Assembly: GCA_050302115.1 (NCBI GenBank) | Contig: JBNLAL010000001.1 | Coordinates: forward strand, 1-24,219 | Length of the DNA: 24,219 nt | Origin: Gammaproteobacteria bacterium | GTDB lineage: Bacteria > Pseudomonadota > Gammaproteobacteria > Eutrophobiales > Eutrophobiaceae | Direction of reading: 5' to 3' | Shown here: piece after piece, positions 1-8,188 of the stretch | Layout: each line of letters begins with the position of its first letter | How positions within the stretch are numbered: position 1 is the stretch's first letter | Made by a program: the position numbers and the translations under genes | The notes under the pieces: generated by a model | The model's database searches: none | Told to the model about the DNA's origin: nothing | The model's input: the letters and a program-made list of their open reading frames with translations, nothing else

Positions 1-1
1 T

Positions 2-817
2 GTCATCAGGGAATTTTTCCGAAACCCGGACGATGTCATCAAGGCAGGATTAAAGCCCGGACTTGGCGGTAAAAAAATTGTGGTTCAAGGGCTCGGCAAT
101 GTTGGTTATCACGCAGCAAAACTGTTAGACGAGGAAGATGAATGCAAGATTATTGCAATAATCGAGCGTGATGGTGTGATTATCAATGATGACGGAATAA
201 GCGTTGAAGATGTCAGGCAACATATTAACGAACATAAAACAATCAAGGGATTTCCAGAAGCAAAATTCAGTGAAGATGGCATGGCTGGCCTTGAAATCGA
301 ATGCGATATTCTTATCCCTGCTGCAATGGAAGCGCAAATTACTAAAGGCAATGCTGAAAATATTAGAACCAAGCTTATCGTTGAAGCCGCCAATGGCCCC
401 ATTACCTTCGCTGCTGATGATATTCTACGACATCGCGGCATAACGGTACTACCTGATGCATACGTTAATGCTGGCGGTGTAACCGTTTCTTATTTTGAAT
501 GGGTAAGAAATTTATCGCATATCCGTTTTGGAAGGATGGAACGCCGGCATGATGAAATGCGCGGTGCTCATATGTTACAGGCACTGGAAACAATGACCGG
601 CAAAACAGCAGAAGACTGGATGCAGAAAGAACTGGTTTATGGGGCTGATGAACTTGATCTGGTTCGCTCAGGACTGGATGACACTATGCGTAACAGTTAC
701 CAGCAGCTCAAGGAAGTATTAAACACACATAAAAAAGTAACAGATTACAGGACTGCTGCCTATGTTGTAGCCATCAATAAAATTGTTCGCTCCTATATCG
801 ATATTGGCGTTTATTAA
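2..817 (+). CDS. gdhA: Glu/Leu/Phe/Val dehydrogenase family, NAD(P)-dependent glutamate dehydrogenase, 5'-truncated by the window edge
   Basis: Frame is open from base 2 (VIREFFRNPDDVIKAGLKPGLGGKKIVVQGLGNVG), so the GTG at 80 in the ORF track is internal. Rossmann motif VQGLGNVG, CDILIPAA, EAANGP, PDAYVNAGGVTVSYFEW and C-terminal RTAAY are GDH signatures. Stop TAA at 815-817. Confidence 0.93.
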   Translation, partial: VIREFFRNPDDVIKAGLKPGLGGKKIVVQGLGNVGYHAAKLLDEEDECKIIAIIERDGVIINDDGISVEDVRQHINEHKTIKGFPEAKFSEDGMAGLEIECDILIPAAMEAQITKGNAENIRTKLIVEAANGPITFAADDILRHRGITVLPDAYVNAGGVTVSYFEWVRNLSHIRFGRMERRHDEMRGAHMLQALETMTGKTAEDWMQKELVYGADELDLVRSGLDDTMRNSYQQLKEVLNTHKKVTDYRTAAYVVAINKIVRSYIDIGVY

Positions 818-847
818 ACTTCATTAGTTTTATTTGCACAGTTAACA

Positions 848-875
848 CTTGAAATCTGTCCATTTTTCCCCATTT
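848..875 (+). promoter_or_regulatory. sigma32 (RpoH) heat-shock promoter of clpB
   Basis: CTTGAAA (848-854), 13-nt spacer, CCCCATTT (868-875) match the RpoH consensus CTTGAAA-N13/14-CCCCATNT. It lies 32 nt upstream of clpB, a known RpoH-regulon gene. AGGA ribosome-binding site at 897-900. Confidence 0.9.
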
Positions 876-907
876 GAGAAGTAATAGTTCAATTTTAGGA
901 ATAATCC

Positions 908-3499
908 ATGAGACCGGATAAATTAACCACAAAATTTCAAATGGCCTTGGCAGAAGCACAAAGCCTGGCAGTTGGTCGTGACCACCAATACATTGAACCA
1001 GTACATTTGGCACATGCCCTGCTCAATCAGGATGGTGGAACGCTGGCTCATATCCTCACGAGTGCAGGTGCTAATGTTAATAAGTTGGGTTCTGAAATTT
1101 CAAAGTTAATTGATTCCTTGCCAATGGTGAGCGGCGCAGGCGGGGATGTACATATCAGCCGCGACCTGGATCGTCTGTTAAACCTGATGGATAAGGCTGC
1201 ACAGGAAAGAAAAGATGATTTCATTTCCAGTGAACTATTTGCTATCGCCGCTCTGGATGACAAAAGTAAGCTGGGAGATCTTTTCAGACAGTCAGGTATA
1301 GACAAAGCTAAATTAAGTAAAGCCATCGATGAATTGCGTGGTGGAGAAACTGTTAAAGATTCAAATGCAGAAGAAAACCGCCAGGCACTGGAAAAATTTA
1401 CCATTGATCTCACCGCACGTGCTGAAAGCGGTAAACTGGACCCCGTCATAGGTCGAGATGAAGAAATCCGTAGGACCATTCAAGTCTTACAACGTCGTAC
1501 TAAGAATAATCCCGTGCTAATTGGTGAACCCGGTGTGGGTAAAACGGCCATCGTTGAAGGATTGGCGCAACGTATAGTAAACGGTGAAGTCCCTGATGCA
1601 TTGAAGCATAAACGCTTACTCTCACTTGATATGGGATCATTGATCGCGGGAGCAAAGTTTCGTGGTGAATTTGAAGAACGTTTAAAGGCTGTTCTTAATG
1701 ATTTATCGAAACAGGAAGGGCAAATTATTCTCTTTATCGATGAAGTCCATACCATGGTAGGTGCCGGTAAAGCCGAAGGGTCAATGGATGCCGGCAATAT
1801 GCTCAAACCTGCCCTGGCACGTGGTGAACTTCACTGTATTGGAGCGACAACACTGGATGAATATCGAGAAAACATTGAAAAAGATGCTGCATTGGAGCGT
1901 CGTTTCCAAAAAGTCCTGGTTAATGAACCCAATGTTGAAGACACGATTGCTATTTTACGTGGATTAAAGGAACGTTATGAAGTACACCATAATGTCCAAA
2001 TTACCGATCCGGCAATTGTTGCAGCGGCTACGTTATCAAATCGATATATCACTGATCGACAACTCCCTGACAAAGCGATCGATTTAATCGATGAATCTGC
2101 AAGTCGAATCAGTATTGAGATCAACTCCAAACCGGAATCAATGGATAGGTTGGAACGTCGTCTGATCCAGATGAAAATTGAACGTGAAGCGTTAAAAAAG
2201 GAAACCGATGCTGCTTCAAAAAAACGTCTTGAAATACTCGAAAACGACATTAAGGAAGTCGAGCAGGAATTTAACGAACTGGATGAAATCTGGATATCAG
2301 AAAAAGCTGCCCTGCAAGGTACCCACACCATCAAGGAAAAACTTGAGCAAGCTCGAATTGATTTTGAAGCAGCCAAACGTGCCGGTGACTTGAACCAGAT
2401 GTCAGAATTACAATATGGCATTATTCCAGAGCTAGAAAAACAACTGGATATGGCCAGTCAGGCAGAAATGCAAGACATGAAACTGCTACGTAATAAAGTG
2501 ACTGAAAACGAGATAGCAGAAGTTGTTGCCAACTGGACCGGCATTCCTGTTAGCAAGATGCTGGAGGGAGAACGCGAAAAATTATTATCAATGGAAGATG
2601 CATTGCATAACCGTGTTGTCGGACAGGACCAAGCTATCAAGGCTGTTTCAAATGCCATTCGCCGATCCCGGGCAGGATTATCTGACCCCAATAAACCAAA
2701 TGGCAGCTTTTTATTTCTCGGCCCCACCGGAGTCGGGAAGACGGAATTGTGTAAGAGCCTTACTGAATTTTTATTCGACAGCGAAGATGCCATGATCCGG
2801 ATCGACATGTCTGAATATATGGAAAAACATGCAGTAGCCAGACTCATTGGTGCACCTCCTGGCTATGTTGGTTACGAACAGGGAGGCTTTTTAACTGAAG
2901 CTGTTAGACGCAGACCTTATAGCCTGATCTTGCTCGATGAAATCGAAAAGGCACATAACGATGTATTTAACATTCTTTTACAAGTTCTGGACGATGGACG
3001 GTTGACAGACGGACACGGGCGAACGGTTGATTTCCGAAACACGGTAATTGTTATGACGTCTAACTTGGGATCAAACCTGATTCAGGAAATGTCCAGTGAT
3101 TCTGAGTATGACAATATGAAAGAAATCGTTATGAACGAAGTAAGCAATCACTTTCGTCCCGAATTTTTAAACAGAATTGATGAAGTTGTCGTCTTTCATG
3201 CACTAATCAGGGAACAAATCCGTGCTATTGCCGAAATACAGATTGAACGTCTGCGAAAGCGTTTACATGAGCAGGAAATCGCGCTTGAAATCAGTGAGGA
3301 AGCCATAAATCATCTTGGGCAAACCGGTTTTGACCCCGTCTATGGTGCTAGACCATTAAAAAGAGCGATTCAGGACGAACTTGAAACCCCTATTGCCGAA
3401 AATATACTTGCTGGAAAATTTGGCCCGGAATCAATAATAAAAGTGGGCTATATGGATGGCAATCTACAGTTTTCTGAACGCGAGGCGAGCGCTGCATAA
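908..3499 (+). CDS. clpB: ATP-dependent disaggregase ClpB (863 aa)
   Basis: Clp N-domain; NBD1 GEPGVGKT and ILFIDEVH; coiled-coil middle domain ([19 protein letters not shown]...[13 protein letters not shown]); NBD2 GPTGVGKT and LLDEIEKAH; [10 protein letters not shown]. No ClpP-docking IGF/L loop seen. Confidence 0.98.
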   Translation: MRPDKLTTKFQMALAEAQSLAVGRDHQYIEPVHLAHALLNQDGGTLAHILTSAGANVNKLGSEISKLIDSLPMVSGAGGDVHISRDLDRLLNLMDKAAQERKDDFISSELFAIAALDDKSKLGDLFRQSGIDKAKLSKAIDELRGGETVKDSNAEENRQALEKFTIDLTARAESGKLDPVIGRDEEIRRTIQVLQRRTKNNPVLIGEPGVGKTAIVEGLAQRIVNGEVPDALKHKRLLSLDMGSLIAGAKFRGEFEERLKAVLNDLSKQEGQIILFIDEVHTMVGAGKAEGSMDAGNMLKPALARGELHCIGATTLDEYRENIEKDAALERRFQKVLVNEPNVEDTIAILRGLKERYEVHHNVQITDPAIVAAATLSNRYITDRQLPDKAIDLIDESASRISIEINSKPESMDRLERRLIQMKIEREALKKETDAASKKRLEILENDIKEVEQEFNELDEIWISEKAALQGTHTIKEKLEQARIDFEAAKRAGDLNQMSELQYGIIPELEKQLDMASQAEMQDMKLLRNKVTENEIAEVVANWTGIPVSKMLEGEREKLLSMEDALHNRVVGQDQAIKAVSNAIRRSRAGLSDPNKPNGSFLFLGPTGVGKTELCKSLTEFLFDSEDAMIRIDMSEYMEKHAVARLIGAPPGYVGYEQGGFLTEAVRRRPYSLILLDEIEKAHNDVFNILLQVLDDGRLTDGHGRTVDFRNTVIVMTSNLGSNLIQEMSSDSEYDNMKEIVMNEVSNHFRPEFLNRIDEVVVFHALIREQIRAIAEIQIERLRKRLHEQEIALEISEEAINHLGQTGFDPVYGARPLKRAIQDELETPIAENILAGKFGPESIIKVGYMDGNLQFSEREASAA

Positions 3500-3560
3500 A
3501 AATTTGACGTGTGTTCATATTGAATTTGCGTCGATTCCGTTCAATTTATATTCATTATAT

Positions 3561-3586
3561 TAGCCAAAACGGTTGGTTATTTATTC
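3561..3586 (+). terminator. possible intrinsic terminator downstream of clpB
   Basis: TAGCCAA-aacgg-TTGGTTA forms a 7-bp stem (one G-U pair) followed by TTTATT. The stem is weak and the U-tract imperfect. Confidence 0.3.
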
Positions 3587-3642
3587 CATATAATCTAATA
3601 TTTAGCAGTCAATCTTGATAAATAAAGGTTAGAGTTCGGGGA

Positions 3643-5361
3643 ATGGCTGTTTCTACCAAAAAAATAAATCTTAGTGGACTGGCAAGAAAGCTGGTTTTGG
3701 ATGGCTTGCTCGATGAGGAAAAAGCGCAGAAAGCCTTTGAAGAGGCCCTGAAGAAGAAAAAACCTTTTGTCAGCCATGTGGTCGAGGAAAAACTGGTTCC
3801 CAGTAATAGTATCGCTTTAGCTGCAGCTACAGAGTTTGGAGCGCCGCTGGTAGATATCGATATGCTTGAAATTGATCCCGATATCGTCAAGCTGGTTAAA
3901 GAAGACCTGATAAAAAAGCATCATGCATTGCCAATTTTTAAACGCGGAAAGCGCCTGGCAGTAGCAGTCTCTGATCCCACCAATATACAAGCTTTGGATG
4001 AATTTAAATTTGCAACAAACCTCAGTACTGATGCCATCGTCGTTGAAGAAGATAAATTAAGCAAAAATATAGAAAAAGTCCTGGAAGCCGCCGATGGTGG
4101 ACTCGGCGATATGGGCGAAGAGGATTTTGAAGATCTTGATGATCTGGAAGTAGCTGAAGATGGTCCCCAGGATCAGGGTGACGATTCTGATGTCGATGAT
4201 GCCCCTGTTGTTCGATTTGTAAATAAAGTGCTCCTGGACGCCATTAAAAAAGGGGCATCAGACCTCCACTTTGAACCCTATGAAAAGGTTTATCGTGTCA
4301 GATTTCGTATTGATGGTGTGTTACAGGAAGTCGCTAAACCACCATTAAGTTTATCCAATAAAATAGCTGCTCGTATTAAAGTCATGTCTCGGCTTGATGT
4401 ATCTGAACGTCGCGTACCACAGGATGGTCGTATCAAACTTAAATTATCCAAGACCAAATCTATCGACTTCCGTGTCAATACATGTCCGACGTTGTTTGGT
4501 GAAAAAGCCTGTATGCGTATTCTTAATTCTGACGCGGCAGCATTACAGATTGATCAATTGGGTTACGAAGACTTTCAAAAGGAACTGTTTCTTGAAAACC
4601 TGCATAAACCGTATGGTATGTTTCTGGTAACTGGCCCAACGGGTAGTGGTAAAACCGTTTCACTATATACGGGCATTAATATACTTAATCAGGTTGATAT
4701 CAATATCTCTACAGCAGAGGATCCGGTGGAAATTAACCTGGCTGGCGTTAACCAGGTTCAGGTTGATGAACGAACGGGGATGACTTTTGAAAAAGCGTTA
4801 AAAGCTTTTCTACGTCAGGATCCGGACATTATTCTTGTGGGAGAGATACGAGATTTGGGTACCGCCTCGATTGCTGTTAAAGCAGCCCAGACTGGTCACA
4901 TGGTTATGTCTACACTTCATACTAATGATGGCCCTCAAACTCTGACCCGTTTGCAGGATATGGGGATTCAGGCATTTGCGGTTGCAACAAGTATTAACCT
5001 GATTACTGCACAACGTTTATTACGACGCCTTAATCCAAACAATCGTGTCTCTGTTGATATGCCTGTTGAAGCATTAAAGGATGAAGGCTTTACTGATGAA
5101 ATGATAGAAAAAGGTCTGACTTTGTTTGAGCCAGGTGAAGAGACGGAAGATAATCCAGCTTATAAAGGACGTGCAGGTATTTATCAGGTAATGAATATTT
5201 CAGATGAAATGAAACGATTAATTATTGAAGGCGCCAATGCAGTACAATTGGCTGATCAAGCTGCGTCCGAGGGTATATGGGACATACGTACTTCAGGGTT
5301 AATGAAGGCTGCCACTGGAGTAACCAGCTTAACTGAGGTTAATCGGGTAACTATCGAGTAA
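3643..5361 (+). CDS. pilB: type IV-A pilus assembly ATPase PilB (572 aa), lacking the tetracysteine Zn motif
   Basis: ASDLHFEP, RFRIDGVL, ERRVPQDGR, Walker A GPTGSGKT, Asp box TAEDPVE, LRQDPDIILVGEIRD, His box TGHMVMSTLHTN, YKGRAGIYQV; followed by pilC-pilD. The N-terminus resembles a degenerate MshEN without the RLG...Q c-di-GMP consensus. GGGGA RBS upstream. Confidence 0.96.
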   Translation: MAVSTKKINLSGLARKLVLDGLLDEEKAQKAFEEALKKKKPFVSHVVEEKLVPSNSIALAAATEFGAPLVDIDMLEIDPDIVKLVKEDLIKKHHALPIFKRGKRLAVAVSDPTNIQALDEFKFATNLSTDAIVVEEDKLSKNIEKVLEAADGGLGDMGEEDFEDLDDLEVAEDGPQDQGDDSDVDDAPVVRFVNKVLLDAIKKGASDLHFEPYEKVYRVRFRIDGVLQEVAKPPLSLSNKIAARIKVMSRLDVSERRVPQDGRIKLKLSKTKSIDFRVNTCPTLFGEKACMRILNSDAAALQIDQLGYEDFQKELFLENLHKPYGMFLVTGPTGSGKTVSLYTGINILNQVDINISTAEDPVEINLAGVNQVQVDERTGMTFEKALKAFLRQDPDIILVGEIRDLGTASIAVKAAQTGHMVMSTLHTNDGPQTLTRLQDMGIQAFAVATSINLITAQRLLRRLNPNNRVSVDMPVEALKDEGFTDEMIEKGLTLFEPGEETEDNPAYKGRAGIYQVMNISDEMKRLIIEGANAVQLADQAASEGIWDIRTSGLMKAATGVTSLTEVNRVTIE

Positions 5362-5366
5362 AGACT

Positions 5367-6587
5367 ATGGCTGAAGCACAAAAAGCAGATATGTTTGTCT
5401 GGGAGGGCACGGATAAATCAGGCAAGCGTGTCAAAGGTGAATTAAGTGGACAAAGTGAAGCACTGGTTAAAGCTGTTTTACGGCGGCAAGGTGTTGTTCC
5501 TCTTAAAGTAAAGAAAAAACCAAAACCACTTTTTGGTGGTGGTGGAAAAACAAAAATTACTCCGAAAGATATTACGGTATTCAGTAGACAATTAGCTACC
5601 ATGATGTCTTCCGGTGTACCGCTCGTGCAAGCATTTGAAATTGTTGGTCGTGGCCATGAAAATGCAGGCATGCAAGATATGATTCTGGGTATTAAAGCAG
5701 ACGTCGAAGCAGGTAACAACCTTACTGATGCTCTGAAAAAAAGACCACTCCAGTTTAACTCTCTCTATTGTAATCTGGTTGAGGCGGGTGAACATGCAGG
5801 TATTTTAGAGGCCATTCTCCATAAACTTGCTACCTATATGGAAAAAACAGAGGCTCTAAAATCCAAGATTAAAGCCGCTTTGTTTTATCCTGCTGCTGTT
5901 ATTGTTGCCGCAATCATTGTTGTTTCTATTTTAATGATATTCGTTATACCTCAATTTTCTTCTTTATTTGAAAATTTTGGTGCCGATCTGCCAGCATTAA
6001 CACAATTTCTAATCGATAGTTCTGATTTCTTTGTCGAATATTGGTACATAATCTTCGGCGTATTAGGTGGTGCTGTTTTCGGCGCAATGGAAGTCAAGAA
6101 ACGTTCCATTGCCGTACAACAATTTCTTGATCGGGCTATTTTAAAAGTCCCTGTCATCGGTGAGATTATGGAAAAATCGGCTATAGCTCGTTTTGCAAGA
6201 ACATTGGAAACCATGTTCGCCGCTGGTACTCCTTTGGTTGAAGCAATGCAATCGGTAGCAGGTGCAACCGGTAATATTGTTTTTGAAACAGCCACCCTGA
6301 AAATGAAAGATGAAATTTCAACTGGCACACAACTTCAAGCATCTATGCGGGAATCAGGATTGTTTCCTAACATGGTTGTACAAATGGTAGCTATTGGTGA
6401 GGAATCAGGTGCTATTGATACCATGTTAGGCAAAGTAGCGGATTGGTACGAACAGGAAGTTGACGATGCAGTTGATGCGTTAACAAGTTTGCTTGAACCA
6501 ATGATCATGGCTTTTCTTGGTGTTGTTATTGGTACCATTGTAATTGGTATGTATTTACCTATTTTCAAAATGGGATCTGCGGTTTAA
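5367..6587 (+). CDS. pilC: type IV pilus inner-membrane platform protein PilC (GspF family, 406 aa)
   Basis: FVWEGTDKSGKRVKGE N-terminus, FSRQLATMMSSGVPLVQAF, LVEAGEHAGILE, KIKAALFYP, MVAIGEESG and MYLPIFKMG, with the typical hydrophobic segments. Confidence 0.97.
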   Translation: MAEAQKADMFVWEGTDKSGKRVKGELSGQSEALVKAVLRRQGVVPLKVKKKPKPLFGGGGKTKITPKDITVFSRQLATMMSSGVPLVQAFEIVGRGHENAGMQDMILGIKADVEAGNNLTDALKKRPLQFNSLYCNLVEAGEHAGILEAILHKLATYMEKTEALKSKIKAALFYPAAVIVAAIIVVSILMIFVIPQFSSLFENFGADLPALTQFLIDSSDFFVEYWYIIFGVLGGAVFGAMEVKKRSIAVQQFLDRAILKVPVIGEIMEKSAIARFARTLETMFAAGTPLVEAMQSVAGATGNIVFETATLKMKDEISTGTQLQASMRESGLFPNMVVQMVAIGEESGAIDTMLGKVADWYEQEVDDAVDALTSLLEPMIMAFLGVVIGTIVIGMYLPIFKMGSAV

Positions 6588-6640
6588 TTATAAGTATCCG
6601 CTTAATATTCGTAATTATTACTACTACTACTTGAGAAATA

Positions 6641-6668
6641 GATTTTTGATTTATGATAATCAAAAATC
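6641..6668. repeat. perfect 11-bp inverted repeat in the pilC-pilD spacer
   Basis: GATTTTTGATT (6641-6651), TATGAT, AATCAAAAATC (6658-6668). Ends 9 nt before the pilD ATG. Function unknown. Confidence 0.75.
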
Positions 6669-6677
6669 CATATTTTT

Positions 6678-7547
6678 ATGTCTGACTTAATAGATATATT
6701 CCAATCTTTTCCATATATTTTCCTTAGTCTTACCTTTTTGGTCAGTTTACTCATTGGGAGCTTTCTAAATGTGGTAATACTAAGATTACCGGTAATGATG
6801 GAACGTGACTGGCGACAACAGTGTTGTGAATTACTTGAAATCGAACAAACTGAAAATAAACCTGATTTTAATTTAATAATCCCTCGTTCACGTTGCCCTA
6901 ATTGTAAACAGCCCATCTCAGCCCTGGAAAATATTCCTGTTTTTAGCTACCTGTTTTTAAAAGGTCAATGTAAGAAATGTGGAAATAAAATTTCACTCCG
7001 GTATCCAATTATCGAACTTGTAACGGGTATTTTATCTGTAGTGGTCGCTTTTAACTTTGGAGTTTCTGTGCAGACCATATTTGCACTACTTCTGACATGG
7101 GCTTTAATTACTTTAAGCATGATCGACTTTGAGCATCAATTATTGCCAGATGACATTACACTTCCCTTTCTGTGGTTGGGAATAATTATTAATATTTTTG
7201 GGATTTTTACCAACCTTGAGTCAAGTGTATTGGGGGCAATATTTGGATATGGTTCCTTATGGTCAGTTTATATGTTGTTCAAACTAATTACTGGCAAAGA
7301 AGGAATGGGGTTTGGAGACTTTAAGCTACTCGCAGTATTTGGTGCCTGGTTTGGATGGCAAATTTTACCTCTGATAATTATATTATCATCTTTGGTTGGA
7401 GCAGTTATTGGTATTTCAATGATCCTGTTTATGTCACATGATAAATCAATCCCTATTCCTTTTGGCCCCTATTTAGCTATTGCTGGCTGGATATCAATGA
7501 TTTGGGGACCATATATAATGTCTGCATATTTAAATTTTATTCTATAA
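6678..7547 (+). CDS. pilD: prepilin peptidase / N-methyltransferase PilD (289 aa)
   Basis: GSFLNVVILRLP; Zn motif RSRCPNC...GQCKKC; catalytic aspartates in SMIDFEHQLLPD and GMGFGDFKL; IPFGPYLA; multiple hydrophobic helices. Confidence 0.97.
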   Translation: MSDLIDIFQSFPYIFLSLTFLVSLLIGSFLNVVILRLPVMMERDWRQQCCELLEIEQTENKPDFNLIIPRSRCPNCKQPISALENIPVFSYLFLKGQCKKCGNKISLRYPIIELVTGILSVVVAFNFGVSVQTIFALLLTWALITLSMIDFEHQLLPDDITLPFLWLGIIINIFGIFTNLESSVLGAIFGYGSLWSVYMLFKLITGKEGMGFGDFKLLAVFGAWFGWQILPLIIILSSLVGAVIGISMILFMSHDKSIPIPFGPYLAIAGWISMIWGPYIMSAYLNFIL

Positions 7548-7548
7548 G

Positions 7549-8166
7549 ATGACTGTACCATTTTGTGTAGCACTTACCGGCGGCATTGGAAGTGGTAAGT
7601 CAACAGTCTCTGATCTATTTTTAGAAAAAGGTGTTCCAATTATTGATAGTGACATTGTTTCACGAAAAATAGTAGAACCAGGCCAACCTGCTTTAAAAAA
7701 AATAATATCTTTTTTTGGTAATAAGGTATTGAATGAGGAAGGAACTTTAAATAGAAAAAAACTTAAAGATATTATATTTAACGATACTAATCTCAGAAAA
7801 AAACGTGAGAGCTTTTTACATCCGTCAATTTACAATGAAATCGACAAGCAAATTTCATTACTCTCAGAACCATATTGTATTGTCGTTATACCACTACTTT
7901 TTGAAACCAATATGGCTGATCATTTTGATCGAATTCTTTTAGTGGATGTTCCAGAAGAAGTACAAATTGAACGTACCGTAAAAAGAGACAAATTATCACA
8001 TGATGAGGTAATTAATATTATTAATACCCAGCAAAAACGTGATAAAAGAATTAAGCATGCGGATGATATAATTGACAATACTGTCAAAAACGATGAACTT
8101 AGAAGTATTGTCGATACTTTACACACAAAATATCTCGAATTAGCAAAGAAAAAAAGCTTTATTTAG
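7549..8166 (+). CDS. coaE: dephospho-CoA kinase (205 aa)
   Basis: ALTGGIGSGKST P-loop, IIDSDIVSR, LHP, IPLLFE, ADDIIDN. Starts 1 nt after the pilD stop; pilD-coaE linkage is conserved. Confidence 0.96.
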   Translation: MTVPFCVALTGGIGSGKSTVSDLFLEKGVPIIDSDIVSRKIVEPGQPALKKIISFFGNKVLNEEGTLNRKKLKDIIFNDTNLRKKRESFLHPSIYNEIDKQISLLSEPYCIVVIPLLFETNMADHFDRILLVDVPEEVQIERTVKRDKLSHDEVINIINTQQKRDKRIKHADDIIDNTVKNDELRSIVDTLHTKYLELAKKKSFI

Positions 8167-8188
8167 AACAACATACAACAAATTCAAC

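Noticed and set aside
80-82. ORF-track start of gdhA at 80 (and of murG at 24218)
   Set aside because: Both are internal GTG Val codons; the frames stay open to the window edges and N-terminal family motifs are missing.
2194-2200. In-frame A-AAA-AAG slippery heptamer in clpB (a -1 shift would stop at 2230-2232)
   Set aside because: No upstream SD-like or downstream hairpin stimulator; Leu-Lys-Lys codons give this sequence readily in AT-rich DNA.
1048-2847. Antisense ORFs of 108-148 aa over clpB, and similar ones over pilC, ftsZ, ftsA, ddl and murG
   Set aside because: They are shadows of conserved sense genes, Ser/Arg/Ile-rich, with no recognisable motif or RBS.
3504-3594. TTGACG (3504-3509), TATAAT (3589-3594) and an imperfect GACG...CGTC hairpin as a pilB promoter or sRNA
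   Set aside because: The hexamers have no correctly spaced partners, and the hairpin relies on several G-U pairs with no U-tract.
6649-6667. Fur- or FNR-like box in the pilC-pilD palindrome
   Set aside because: Only 12/19 match to the Fur box, and TTGAT/ATCAA are 8 nt apart rather than the 4 needed for FNR.
6602-6916. 104-aa minus-strand ORF spanning the pilC-pilD spacer
   Set aside because: Mostly antisense to pilD, low complexity (SSSSSNN from the TAC repeat), no family features.
7695-7716. A8 and T7 runs in coaE as phase-variation tracts
   Set aside because: Short, expected at this AT content, in a normally essential gene whose frame is intact.
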